Positions 9,667 to 17,981 of a stretch of 64,000 nucleotides of DNA are shown here, piece by piece (within the stretch, counting starts at the first letter, position 1; every line of letters begins with the position of its first letter). The position numbers and the translations under genes are program-made. The notes beneath the pieces are model-generated. The model did no database searches, was not told the origin of the DNA, and saw only the letters and a program-made list of their open reading frames with translations. The stretch is from contig JBAYIK010000001.1 in the NCBI GenBank assembly GCA_041665625.1, forward strand, positions 68,587-132,586. Reading direction: 5' to 3'. This DNA comes from Minisyncoccota bacterium. Its GTDB lineage: Bacteria > Patescibacteriota > Minisyncoccia > Phycocordibacterales > XYD1-FULL-46-19.

Positions 9667-10662
9667 TTGATATTTATGAGTAAAAAATTATTAACCACCT
9701 TAAGCCTTTTTGCCTGTTCGTTTGCCTTTGTCCTTTCTGCTAGCGCTGTTGTTGGTCCTGAACCAACGGGGACGATTCTTATCAATAATGGGGCCACTTA
9801 TGTTAATAGTCGCAATGTGACGTTAAATCTTTCTACGACAGATGGATCTATTGTAAGGATGGAATTTTCCAATGGCGGATCTTATTCTACCCCAGAACCT
9901 TATGCCACAGCTACTTCCTGGACTTTATCAGCTGGGGCTGATGGCCTTAGAAATGTAAGAGTAAAATTTATTAATACATCTGGTGCTACTACAAGTACAG
10001 GGATTCTTGCTACCACGACTCTTGATACTACCGCTCCTGTTATCACCGCCCCGGTTGACCAAACCTTTGAGGCTACCGGAGCGACAACTACCCCAACTTT
10101 GACCTCGGCTACTTCGACTGATGTCACAAGTTCTACTACGGTAGATTATTCACCTAAGGAATTTTCTGTTGGTACGACAACTGTTACCTGGACTGCCACT
10201 GATGCCGCTGGTAATTTTGCTACCACAAGTTCCTTGGTAATTATCACCGAGAAAGTTGTGACGGTTCCTCCTGTTGTTACCCCAAGTCATCGTGGCGGGT
10301 CCTCTATTATGAAAGTTAATTTTGCTTTGGCCACAAGTACCGGTCAAGTTCTTGGTACTTCGACTGAGAAAGCAGTGAAAGAGAAGGTAATAAAGCGCAA
10401 GTTAACTCCAGAGGAGAAGAAGGCTCGCGTCTTCAAGAAAAGATTGAATCACATTAAGATTGCTATCTACGAGTTGAAGCACCCAGAGTCTAAGGTTCCT
10501 CCAATTGAGATTGTCTTTGGCACTAGTACTCAATCAAGCTCTGTCGGCACTGTCCCGCTTGTCCCTACGAATCTAACTGTTTCTGATTCAGGCGAAATTG
10601 TTGGCACCGGAACCAAGGCGACAACAACTCCAAAGAAGAAACCATTCTGGAAGTTGTGGTAG
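9667..10662 (+). CDS. secreted/surface protein with HYR-like domain and Thr-rich segments
   Basis: Signal peptide (LLTTLSLFACSFAFVLSASA), HYR-like TWTATDAAGN motif, Thr/Ser-rich low-complexity segments, basic C-terminus. Confidence 0.65.
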   Translation: MIFMSKKLLTTLSLFACSFAFVLSASAVVGPEPTGTILINNGATYVNSRNVTLNLSTTDGSIVRMEFSNGGSYSTPEPYATATSWTLSAGADGLRNVRVKFINTSGATTSTGILATTTLDTTAPVITAPVDQTFEATGATTTPTLTSATSTDVTSSTTVDYSPKEFSVGTTTVTWTATDAAGNFATTSSLVIITEKVVTVPPVVTPSHRGGSSIMKVNFALATSTGQVLGTSTEKAVKEKVIKRKLTPEEKKARVFKKRLNHIKIAIYELKHPESKVPPIEIVFGTSTQSSSVGTVPLVPTNLTVSDSGEIVGTGTKATTTPKKKPFWKLW

Positions 10663-10691
10663 GAGAGTAGCGAGATAAATTATAGAAACTA

Positions 10692-10735
10692 AAAGTGCCC
10701 CACCTAGCTTAGCTAGGCGGGGCACTTTGTATTAA
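10692..10735 (+). terminator. hairpin terminator after surface-protein gene
   Basis: gtgcccc-acctagcttagctaggc-ggggcac stem with palindromic loop, then tttgtatt. Confidence 0.6.
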
Positions 10736-10922
10736 AAAAGAAAGCGAGGAGTCCGCCATATGGGGAGTCCTCGCGAGGGGGAAAAGGGGGCTGGCACCGC
10801 GCCTTCAGTTGGGGAACTGTTGGTAAGTGGGGGGGGTAGACAGTCAGTGCACACGGTGCCAGCGGACCTTAGCCTACCATTAAGTTATTTATTTGTAAAG
10901 AGAGGGGGTGGAGCTTATTTTG

Positions 10923-10995
10923 TGGACCATAGCGGGATCGAACCGCTTACCTCTTCCATGCCATGGAAGCGCTCTACCAATTGAGCTAATGGCCC
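10923..10995 (-). tRNA. tRNA-Ala (anticodon GGC)
   Basis: Reverse complement folds as a cloverleaf: acceptor gggccat/atggtcc with G3:U70, D-arm gctc-aattggta-gagc, anticodon stem cttcc/ggaag with loop atGGCat, T-arm agcgg-ttcgatc-ccgct, discriminator A; CCA not encoded. Confidence 0.85.
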
Positions 10996-11061
10996 CTTCG
11001 TTTGATAATATAGCAAATCTTCGTTAAAATGTGAAGTATATTAATAATTTACTAAAAGACT

Positions 11062-11469
11062 ATGTTAAAAGAATTTAAACAATTTCTCCTTCGTGGGAGT
11101 GTCGTCGATCTGGCCGTTGGTGTTGTCATTGGCGCTTCGTTTGGAACCATTGTCACTGCTCTGGTCTCCGACTTACTCACTCCACTCATCGCCGCGATTG
11201 TTCAGGCCCCAGATTTTAGTGGCCTATTCTTCACCTTGAATGGTAGCCAATTTATGTACGGTCACTTCATCAATGCCTTGATCTCCTTCCTCCTCGTGGC
11301 TAGCTCAGTCTTCTTCTTTGTCGTTAAACCAATGAATATTCTCATTGCTCGCTCGCACGAAGGCCGACCAACCGATTTTATCACCAAGAAATGTCCTGAT
11401 TGTCGCAGTGAGATTCCTAAGGATGCCAAGCGTTGCAAATTCTGTAGTCAGCCTCAAGTAATAGAATAA
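11062..11469 (+). CDS. mscL: large-conductance mechanosensitive channel MscL with C-terminal zinc-ribbon extension
   Basis: MLKEFKQFLLRGSVVDLAVGVVIGASFGTIVTALVSDLLTPLI is a classic MscL N-terminus/TM1; C-terminal CPDC...CKFC four-Cys ribbon. Confidence 0.85.
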   Translation: MLKEFKQFLLRGSVVDLAVGVVIGASFGTIVTALVSDLLTPLIAAIVQAPDFSGLFFTLNGSQFMYGHFINALISFLLVASSVFFFVVKPMNILIARSHEGRPTDFITKKCPDCRSEIPKDAKRCKFCSQPQVIE

Positions 11470-11494
11470 AAATTTCTAATAATTTTATAAAAGC

Positions 11495-11532
11495 AAAAGC
11501 GCGTGACCTCGGGGGAGGGCACGCGCTTGTTC
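11495..11532. terminator. bidirectional hairpin between convergent mscL and GC-rich gene
   Basis: gcgcgtg-acctcgggggaggg-cacgcgc stem-loop flanked by A/T runs. Confidence 0.5.
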
Positions 11533-11549
11533 GTCTGAGTTGAGTCTCT

Positions 11550-12314
11550 TCAGTCCTCGGTTTTCTGGGGGTAGGGCGTGAAGGCGTTCTTGCCCTTCTT
11601 GAAGCCGTTGGCCTTGCCCCAGAATTGGGCGCCGTAGACCCAGACCTGACCGTGGCAAAGGATGGTGACCCCGGAGTCCCCTTCACAAACCTCGTCGATG
11701 TCGAAGTCGTCACCGGGTGTGAAGGGGACCGAGAGGATGAAGTCTGTGGGAGTGCCTACTATCACGTAGGCCCAGACCTTCTTTTCGCAGGGCTCTAGCC
11801 ACTTCACCAAGGCGACAGCGGTGCCGGTGTTCTCGTCGGCATGGATCCATTCCCGGCTGATGAAGTCTACACTCGGGAAGGGGGCGTTCATAACCCCTTC
11901 GAGCGCCCAGAGTGTCTCCGTGATGGGGACATTCTTGACGACGAAGTCGTGGGTCCCGACGAAGCCGGTAATCCCTTCGTAGACCTCGGTCAGGGCTTCG
12001 TGGGTGTCGAAGATGAGGTGGCTGCCGAGTATCAATCGCGTGGTCGTCTCGTTCACAAAGACGGCGAGCTCGTAGCGGTCGGGGGCGCAGACTTCAGGGT
12101 TATCGGAGATCTTATCCCCTTTGATAACCCTGATCATCGAGATGAGGCCGACGCCATTCGTCGACCGCAATCCCTTGATGCCGCGCAGATCTCCGCGGAA
12201 GTCGCTCGGGGTCCAGATGGTCCGGCCTTTCTTGGCCTTCGCTAGGGCCACAGGGCTATTGCCGAAGACCGAAGGTTCGACAATGGCGTATCCAAGACGT
12301 TCTTGTTCGGGCAT
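11550..12314 (-). CDS. hypothetical protein (GC-rich islet; paralogous core shared with 12541..12936)
   Basis: ORF-track 11550..12419; start moved to Met of MPEQERLGY (ATG 12314) preceded by AAGGAGA RBS; ~57% GC; APDRYELAVFV segment matches FPRETYFEVAVFV of the neighbouring gene. Confidence 0.6.
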   Translation of the reverse strand: MPEQERLGYAIVEPSVFGNSPVALAKAKKGRTIWTPSDFRGDLRGIKGLRSTNGVGLISMIRVIKGDKISDNPEVCAPDRYELAVFVNETTTRLILGSHLIFDTHEALTEVYEGITGFVGTHDFVVKNVPITETLWALEGVMNAPFPSVDFISREWIHADENTGTAVALVKWLEPCEKKVWAYVIVGTPTDFILSVPFTPGDDFDIDEVCEGDSGVTILCHGQVWVYGAQFWGKANGFKKGKNAFTPYPQKTED

Positions 12315-12365
12315 AGTTACGGTTTCTCCTTTTTTTCCGCTGTTTTTGCCTGAGACAGAGTCTTT

Positions 12366-12420
12366 GAAACTCAACAATTCGAATAACAAAGAACTCTGAT
12401 TACCATTTCTTTTTAGCACG
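12366..12420 (-). promoter_or_regulatory. conserved promoter/leader module, copy A (upstream of 11550..12314)
   Basis: gaaactcaacaattcgaataacaaagaactctgattaccatttctttttagcac, ~75% identical to the copy at 12976-13035. Confidence 0.5.
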
Positions 12421-12439
12421 AAAATTGAGGCAAGTCAAA

Positions 12440-12469
12440 GGGCGCCGTCTCCCGGAGGAAAAGGCGCCC
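12440..12469 (-). terminator. hairpin downstream of 12541..12936
   Basis: gggcgcc-N16-ggcgccc perfect 7-bp GC stem. Confidence 0.35.
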
Positions 12470-12540
12470 AAACTAAAGTCTTGCCCTGCGTAGCCTTGGC
12501 GAAGCAGGGGAGTTCCGTCGGCTGGTCGTCAGCGTGACGA

Positions 12541-12936
12541 TCAGGCCGGGGTAGTCTCGTTCGCCGGCTCGGTGACCTTCACATCGCAGTTCTCGATGTA
12601 TATGGCCATCCTTCTGGCGATGAGATTCTCGGCCTCGAGGTTGGGGACGACGAAGGATGTCCCCTCGACCAGACACCACTCGGTTCCCGTAAGCACGAAG
12701 ACGGCGACCTCGAAGTAGGTCTCCCGGGGGAACTCCGGCTTGGGGGCCCCGGCGACCATGTTCGCGACGAACTGGAACGAGAGTCGGTCCTTGGTGCGAA
12801 GATGCTTCCGCCCGATGACCTTGGTCATGTTCTCGGTTGTCCAGGTTGTCGTCGTGGCACCAACTACCTTCGTGACCCCATCGAGGATGTCCTCAAGAGG
12901 CAGATCCGTTCGGATCACTCTAAGTTCTCTTGCCAT
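12541..12936 (-). CDS. hypothetical protein (GC-rich islet, ~131 aa)
   Basis: ORF-track 12541..12999; start moved to MARELRVIR (ATG 12936) after GAAGGAAG RBS; GC-rich; paralogous core with the adjacent gene. Confidence 0.55.
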   Translation of the reverse strand: MARELRVIRTDLPLEDILDGVTKVVGATTTTWTTENMTKVIGRKHLRTKDRLSFQFVANMVAGAPKPEFPRETYFEVAVFVLTGTEWCLVEGTSFVVPNLEAENLIARRMAIYIENCDVKVTEPANETTPA

Positions 12937-12975
12937 TTGTGTTCTTCTTCCTTCTCTGGTTGAGAGGAGTCCTCC

Positions 12976-13035
12976 GAAACTCAATATATAAAGTAACAAA
13001 GAACTCCCAATACCTTTTAATTATAGCATACAAGA
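12976..13035 (-). promoter_or_regulatory. conserved promoter/leader module, copy B (upstream of 12541..12936) with TATAAT -10 on minus strand
   Basis: gaaactcaatatataaagtaacaaagaactcccaataccttttaattatagcat; minus-strand reading contains tgcTATAATtaaaag. Confidence 0.5.
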
Positions 13036-13099
13036 CCTATTACGTCAAATTTAGACTAAGATATCGAAAACCTAATGTTCGACATCTTGTTTTCCCTTT

Positions 13100-13999
13100 G
13101 TGAAGTTTTTTGAGTTTGTTATAATAAGCGGAATGTTAGGGAACAAGAAGCTCCGCTTAGCTCTGCTCATTGCCTTGGTCATTGAACTCGGCTTTTTAGT
13201 TTTTCCCATTATCTCTACTCTTAATATTTCGGACAAAGGTTTTACTGCCGCAGTTTTGCCAGCCGTCTTAGATCAGTTGACCAACGAGAATCGCCAGGCC
13301 GAGAAGCTCTCAGCCCTAACTGTTAATCCGCTTCTAAACAAGGTGGCCGAGCTCAAGGCCCAAGACATGGCTGAGAAAGGTTATTTCTCTCATGTGAGCC
13401 CCGAGGGCAAGGAGCCTTGGTACTGGTTTCAAAAAGTGGGTTATCAATACGAGAATGCGGGCGAGAACTTGGCTATCGACTTCACCGAATCGGCCGATGT
13501 CACCAAGGCCTGGATGAATTCTCCAACTCACCGCGCCAATATTGTTAAAGGTGCTTATACTGAGGTGGGTACTGGTATTGCCAACGGCAGTTTCGAAGGT
13601 AAGCCAACAACTTTTGTCGCTCAAGTCTTTGGTCGTCCGGCGGACGCCGCTCCTGATAATATTTCTCGTCTCTACGCCTCTAATATTTCTAAGAATGCTA
13701 AAGGTAATAAAGTTCTTGGCGCCTCAACTGACCAGGTAGCTAGCGCTGATCTTAAGTCTAAAGAATCCCTACCGATTGTTATCTTGATATTCCTGGGTAT
13801 TACAGTCTTTGCTATTGTTCTCTTCAAGCTAATTATTTTTCTTAATAAAAAATTCTTCAAGGCCGTGACCGGTATTCTCATTTTCCTTGTTATCGCTCTA
13901 GGAGTATACTTAATCAATAATTATATCGTCGATAAAAAAATGTCCGAGCGGACATCCTTTGCCAGCTTCGAAGGTGAGAAATTCAATTCACCTCAGTAA
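13100..13999 (+). CDS. membrane-anchored CAP/SCP (PR-1-like, YkwD-type) domain protein
   Basis: N- and C-terminal hydrophobic helices; CAP motifs GENLAIDFTESADVTKAWMNSPTHRANIVKGAYTEVGTG. Confidence 0.7.
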   Translation: MKFFEFVIISGMLGNKKLRLALLIALVIELGFLVFPIISTLNISDKGFTAAVLPAVLDQLTNENRQAEKLSALTVNPLLNKVAELKAQDMAEKGYFSHVSPEGKEPWYWFQKVGYQYENAGENLAIDFTESADVTKAWMNSPTHRANIVKGAYTEVGTGIANGSFEGKPTTFVAQVFGRPADAAPDNISRLYASNISKNAKGNKVLGASTDQVASADLKSKESLPIVILIFLGITVFAIVLFKLIIFLNKKFFKAVTGILIFLVIALGVYLINNYIVDKKMSERTSFASFEGEKFNSPQ

Positions 14000-14055
14000 A
14001 ATTTTCCCTTTTTCTCCATTTTATGCTTTAATAGTGCTGTTCTTGTCATCAACAA

Positions 14056-14131
14056 GGGCCCTTAGCTCATCTGGTAGAGCGCCTGCTTTGCAAGCAGGAG
14101 GTGAGCGGTTCGAGCCCGCTAGGGTCCACCA
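14056..14131 (+). tRNA. tRNA-Ala (anticodon TGC), CCA encoded
   Basis: gggccct...agggtcc acceptor with G3:U70, D-arm gctc-atctggta-gagc, anticodon loop ttTGCaa, T-arm agcgg-ttcgagc-ccgct, ACCA end. Confidence 0.9.
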
Positions 14132-14141
14132 AATATCTCTG

Positions 14142-14170
14142 TTGACATATCTCTAAAAAAAGAGTATAAT
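14142..14170 (+). promoter_or_regulatory. consensus sigma70-like promoter (TTGACA-17-TATAAT) driving GC-rich islet 2
   Basis: TTGACA 14142-14147, 17-nt spacer, TATAAT 14165-14170. Confidence 0.6.
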
Positions 14171-14262
14171 ACAGCTAGAGTTTAAGTTCACGCTATGGCA
14201 TCTGTTTGCTAGAGCGTTTTTATAATTTTCGTCATAACACACAAATAAGAAGGAGGTGTGAA

Positions 14263-15375
14263 GTGCTATCTCAGGACATCAACCGAATGGAAAAGGCCCT
14301 GCAGGCACACGAGGACTCTCTCTGGTACTTGCGCCAAATTTGGCAGACCCAGGGGAAGGACTCGAATTGCTTGCCCGAACCCGGAGCCTTGCGCGAAGCT
14401 CTGACGAATGGCGATTGGACAGCCGTGAATGTTATCCTCGCCATGCTGTGGACGTACTTCAAGGAGGAACTGGGGAAGGACACCGGTCTGGCCAGTATCC
14501 TTTTCTACACGGCGATGGATATTGCCGACTGGGTAAGAAACTCTCGGCGAGTTTACTCGCTCTCTCCCAGCTTGGCCGAGATGCTCCTGGCTACGGACCT
14601 TCCGAAGTTTAAGGCTCGCGACGTCAAGTTCGTCTCATTGGTTTTTGCCATTAAGTTGGAGGAGCCGGTGACAACTCCGAGCGGTAAGGTCCATGACTAT
14701 ATCGTCTTTCGCTACCTTCCGGCCGGCGAAGACGGTCTGACCGAGATTGTCATGCGGTCTTACTCGGGTGAGATGGATACTTATCAGAGGGTTTCGGCGG
14801 ACAAGAAGAAGCGGATAGAACGGTTGGCGAGGAATAACCCCGCGGGTTTTGTTCAACATTCGTCGCCTTGCATCGGCGAGTTGAACAAGGCTACCTACAC
14901 GGGCCTTGCCTTCACCTGCCCGGTCGACATCCCGCTTAACGAGATGATGACGGCCCAGGTCTTCGGCGAGGATACTCCGGTTGAAGACCGGGAAGTCCTC
15001 TTCCGCCTCTGTTTCGGCTTGAATCTCTATCTTCAGTCTTCCCGCAAGGATGATTACGAGGCAAAGAGAACGAACCGCGCCTGGCCGAACGAGCGGGGCA
15101 AGCCGGTTACGGACCAGACCGACATCTTCGACCTGAACGTCTCGACCGTCTTCCATCGCAAGTCTCACTCTCTCGAGGACGAGGAAACTTGTCGCTCTGG
15201 GGGTTACGAGATGCGCCCACACCTTCGCAACGGACACTGGCGTCGCCCTTGGGGTTATGGCAAGGACCCCGACGCTCCGGCAACGGTATGGATCAAGCCC
15301 CTGTGGGTCAGGAAAGATCTGATCGCGAAGGGTGTCCAGCCCATCGGAGCGCTACGCAAAGTGGCCAAGCGGTAG
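14263..15375 (+). CDS. hypothetical protein (GC-rich islet 2, ~370 aa)
   Basis: AGGAGG 14251-14256 then GTG 14263 in frame with ORF-track 14206..15375 (alternative ATG 14290); ~56% GC; no recognisable domain. Confidence 0.6.
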   Translation: MLSQDINRMEKALQAHEDSLWYLRQIWQTQGKDSNCLPEPGALREALTNGDWTAVNVILAMLWTYFKEELGKDTGLASILFYTAMDIADWVRNSRRVYSLSPSLAEMLLATDLPKFKARDVKFVSLVFAIKLEEPVTTPSGKVHDYIVFRYLPAGEDGLTEIVMRSYSGEMDTYQRVSADKKKRIERLARNNPAGFVQHSSPCIGELNKATYTGLAFTCPVDIPLNEMMTAQVFGEDTPVEDREVLFRLCFGLNLYLQSSRKDDYEAKRTNRAWPNERGKPVTDQTDIFDLNVSTVFHRKSHSLEDEETCRSGGYEMRPHLRNGHWRRPWGYGKDPDAPATVWIKPLWVRKDLIAKGVQPIGALRKVAKR

Positions 15376-15398
15376 TGACGAAAACCTGTGAGTATCAA

Positions 15399-15436
15399 GA
15401 GCCCGGCGCGAAAGTGTCCGGGCTCTACTGTTTTTA
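15399..15436 (+). terminator. rho-independent terminator
   Basis: gagcccgg-cgcgaaagtgt-ccgggctc stem then ctgttttt. Confidence 0.65.
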
Positions 15437-15566
15437 TAAAATATTAATTATCTAGACACATTAAAGAAAATGTGTTAGTAATAGTTTCAGATTAAGTTCT
15501 TCCGTGGTGAACATAAGTAGCCATAGGAATTGTAAATAATTGCGGACAAAAGGAGATCCAAGCACT

Positions 15567-16286
15567 ATGCCTGATGGTTCAAGTCGTGATTGGGCTGAAG
15601 TCGTCAAACGCAACCCCAAGGGGGACTTCGAGTTCCAGGGAAATGGGAACACTGTCCTCCGCGGGCCGGTCAAGAGCATAACCCTCAGCGACGAAGGACT
15701 CGTCTCCATCGACCTCTGGTGGGCCGCCGAGATGCCCGTCATGGGTGAAGAAGGCTTCGGAATCTGGCATGCCTCGAACAAGCGGCACTTCGGGTTCCCC
15801 AACTTTGCCCTTCCCTATGTCATCGAGGACACCCCGGAGAAGGGCGAGCGCATTCGCTTCGGCATCTCCCTCATCTACCTCGAGCGCCTCGAGGGAGAGA
15901 ACACCTTGGACGTCAGGAAGGTCAATGGTCTCACCTGCGTGACACACGTTGTCGCTGCTCCCGATGGCCCTTGCCCCGCCGGCGGTGTCGCTCTCTCGGT
16001 GGTCTACCGGGATGTGAGCGGTCAGTCATGGGCCGATCCGACCCAAACAATTTCCCCCGAGGAGATTGCCGCAGCCGTTCAGCGCTGCGAGTTCCTGGCG
16101 TTGAAGACGCCGCTGTACCTGACCGAGACGCAGCACATCTTATTCCTGCCGAACGGCAAGTTCGTCTTGGCCGATCTCCGCGACGGGAAGCCCATCGAGG
16201 AGATTGAAGAGGAGGTCGAGTTCGCCGAAGCCCCCGCTCCGGCTCCGGCCGAAGAACCTCCGGCCCCCGAGCCCCCGCAAGAATAA
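15567..16286 (+). CDS. hypothetical protein with Pro/Ala/Glu-rich C-terminus (GC-rich islet 2)
   Basis: AAAGGAG 15550-15556 then ATG 15567 (ORF-track 15540); ~58% GC; C-terminus EEEVEFAEAPAPAPAEEPPAPEPPQE. Confidence 0.55.
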   Translation: MPDGSSRDWAEVVKRNPKGDFEFQGNGNTVLRGPVKSITLSDEGLVSIDLWWAAEMPVMGEEGFGIWHASNKRHFGFPNFALPYVIEDTPEKGERIRFGISLIYLERLEGENTLDVRKVNGLTCVTHVVAAPDGPCPAGGVALSVVYRDVSGQSWADPTQTISPEEIAAAVQRCEFLALKTPLYLTETQHILFLPNGKFVLADLRDGKPIEEIEEEVEFAEAPAPAPAEEPPAPEPPQE

Positions 16287-16294
16287 CGCGCCCA

Positions 16295-16370
16295 GCCCAC
16301 CCCACGAGGATGGCAGAGAAGTCTGCCCTCTCCGTGTGTGGTGGGCTTTTTCTGTGTTTTTTATTTTGAG
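16295..16370 (+). terminator. hairpin + T-rich tract terminator closing GC-rich islet 2
   Basis: gcccaccccac...gtgtggtgggc 11-bp stem (1 mismatch) followed by tttttctgtgttttttatttt. Confidence 0.55.
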
Positions 16371-16452
16371 AACCTAATAAAATTATGGTAATATTAGGAG
16401 GTCTATTCACGACTAAGTCGCGTTCTATTTTATAAATTAATATCATAATTTT

Positions 16453-17421
16453 ATGAAAGAAATTGTTATCTCTAAAAGAAGGCTTTTTATCGTTTCGATA
16501 ATTGTCTTAGTTTTAATTTTCTTGTGCCTTATTGTTGTATCGTCACTTTCTGTTGCTCGCGATAAGATGATGGGCGTAAGCTCTGCCTCAGCGCCTTCTA
16601 TGGGCTTCGGTGAGAGTCAATCTTCGATCAAAATGATTGAGCCTTATTATAATAGAGAGAACCCAACAATTTCTGATACTCGAGAATTTCTAAAGACTAG
16701 CTACTCTTCTACTCTCCGAACCAGGAATGTTTCGAGTATGATTAAAGAAGTTCGCAATGCCATTAAGGGTGCCGATGGGCGCATTGATAATTTCTATAGC
16801 TCCGAGAAAAGTGGGAGCATTAGTTTTGTTGTTGCCAAGAGCAAGTTCGAAGACCTGCGCAGCCAAATTGAAGGTATGACTTATGCCAAACTTTATACTG
16901 AGAGTGTCTCGTCTCAGAACCTATTGAGTCAAAAGCAAAATATTGAAGAACAAACCGTGCGTGTGGTGAGTTCGCTTGAGAGTCTGCAGAAGCAGAAGGA
17001 TGACCTCACGGCTAGCCATACTCAGAAAGCTAACGCTATAAATATTGAGCTTGCTCGCCTTCGTAGCGAATTGGCTAATACCCAAAGTGCCACCGAGAAA
17101 AGTGACCTGCTTAATCAACAAAATATCCAAAACCAGAAATTGAGCACCGAGAATAGCAATTACGCGGCTCAAAGTAAGAACTTAGATGCCCGAATCGCCA
17201 ACGAGAACAGCAATCTCTCAAATGTGAATAAACAAGATGATCAGTTTGCCGATAACATCGAGACCGTTAATGGTTATGTCGCTATCAATTGGGTTAGCTG
17301 GTGGCAATTGGTCAAGATTTATTCACCCGTTTCTCCGGTCATTATCATTATTGTTCTAGTAATAATTGCCTGGATTTTACTCCGTCGCAAAGGTTACTTG
17401 CCTAAGATCATCATCCAGTAA
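16453..17421 (+). CDS. membrane protein with N- and C-terminal TM helices and Gln/Asn-rich coiled coil (DUF4349-like architecture)
   Basis: N-terminal TM (LFIVSIIVLVLIFLCLIVV), long coiled-coil segment, C-terminal TM (PVIIIIVLVIIAWILL). Confidence 0.55.
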   Translation: MKEIVISKRRLFIVSIIVLVLIFLCLIVVSSLSVARDKMMGVSSASAPSMGFGESQSSIKMIEPYYNRENPTISDTREFLKTSYSSTLRTRNVSSMIKEVRNAIKGADGRIDNFYSSEKSGSISFVVAKSKFEDLRSQIEGMTYAKLYTESVSSQNLLSQKQNIEEQTVRVVSSLESLQKQKDDLTASHTQKANAINIELARLRSELANTQSATEKSDLLNQQNIQNQKLSTENSNYAAQSKNLDARIANENSNLSNVNKQDDQFADNIETVNGYVAINWVSWWQLVKIYSPVSPVIIIIVLVIIAWILLRRKGYLPKIIIQ

Positions 17422-17423
17422 TT

Positions 17424-17645
17424 ATGTTTAAAGAATTTTTCATTAAGAAGATGCTCAAGAGTAAGGGTGTTCCGGAGGAACAGATTGAACCTCTGATGGA
17501 AGTGATTGAGAAGAATCCAGCCCTCTTCCAGAAGATTGCCGAAGAGATTCAGACCAAACTTAAGCAAGGCGGTGATCAAATGCAGGTGACCATGGAGGTA
17601 ATGCAGAAGTATCAGGCAGAACTTAAGCAAATCTTTCCTAAATAA
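17424..17645 (+). CDS. small alpha-helical hypothetical protein
   Basis: 73-aa ORF 3 nt after the upstream gene, co-directional operon. Confidence 0.4.
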   Translation: MFKEFFIKKMLKSKGVPEEQIEPLMEVIEKNPALFQKIAEEIQTKLKQGGDQMQVTMEVMQKYQAELKQIFPK

Positions 17646-17675
17646 TTTATTTAATTATCAATAACATAATTTAAT

Positions 17676-17981
17676 ATGGACTATTCTATCGAAGCCTTCG
17701 TCGACAAACTTTTACAAGAAAAAGGGGTCACCGGTTTGCCGGCCGAAGTGATGGAGCAATTAAAAGCCGATCTTGTTGAGAGAGCGGAGAACTTAGTGAA
17801 TGCCGAGATCTTGGCCAGCATGCCGGAGTCAGCGCTTGAAGATTTCGAGAAGAAGCTCGATGCTGGTGATGAAGAAGAGCTTCGCAAGTTTTGCCAAGCA
17901 AATATTCCTAATATGGAGGAGGTGGTGGCCGGAGCCTTAATTAAACTCCAAAATATTTATCAACATGACGGAGACATTTAA
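17676..17981 (+). CDS. small acidic hypothetical protein
   Basis: 101-aa ORF; its end overlaps the start of the giant gene. Confidence 0.4.
   Translation: MDYSIEAFVDKLLQEKGVTGLPAEVMEQLKADLVERAENLVNAEILASMPESALEDFEKKLDAGDEEELRKFCQANIPNMEEVVAGALIKLQNIYQHDGDI

Noticed and set aside
10760-10984. 74-aa plus-strand ORF
   Set aside because: Overlaps the tRNA-Ala(GGC) gene and a GC-rich structured region; Gly-rich translation typical of GC noise
11417-12399. ORFs 11417..11713(-), 11841..12245(+), 12121..12399(+), 12473..12679(-), 12740..12991(+)
   Set aside because: Alternative-frame or antisense ORFs inside the GC-rich islet; high GC suppresses stop codons; Arg/Pro/Gly-rich translations
14271-16446. 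Antisense and alternative-frame ORFs (14271..14483-, 14635..15237-, 15579..15947-, 15931..16446-, 15971..16207+, 16079..16300-)
   Set aside because: Same GC-rich stop-codon depletion artefact; Arg/Ser/Pro-rich low-complexity translations overlapping better-supported forward genes
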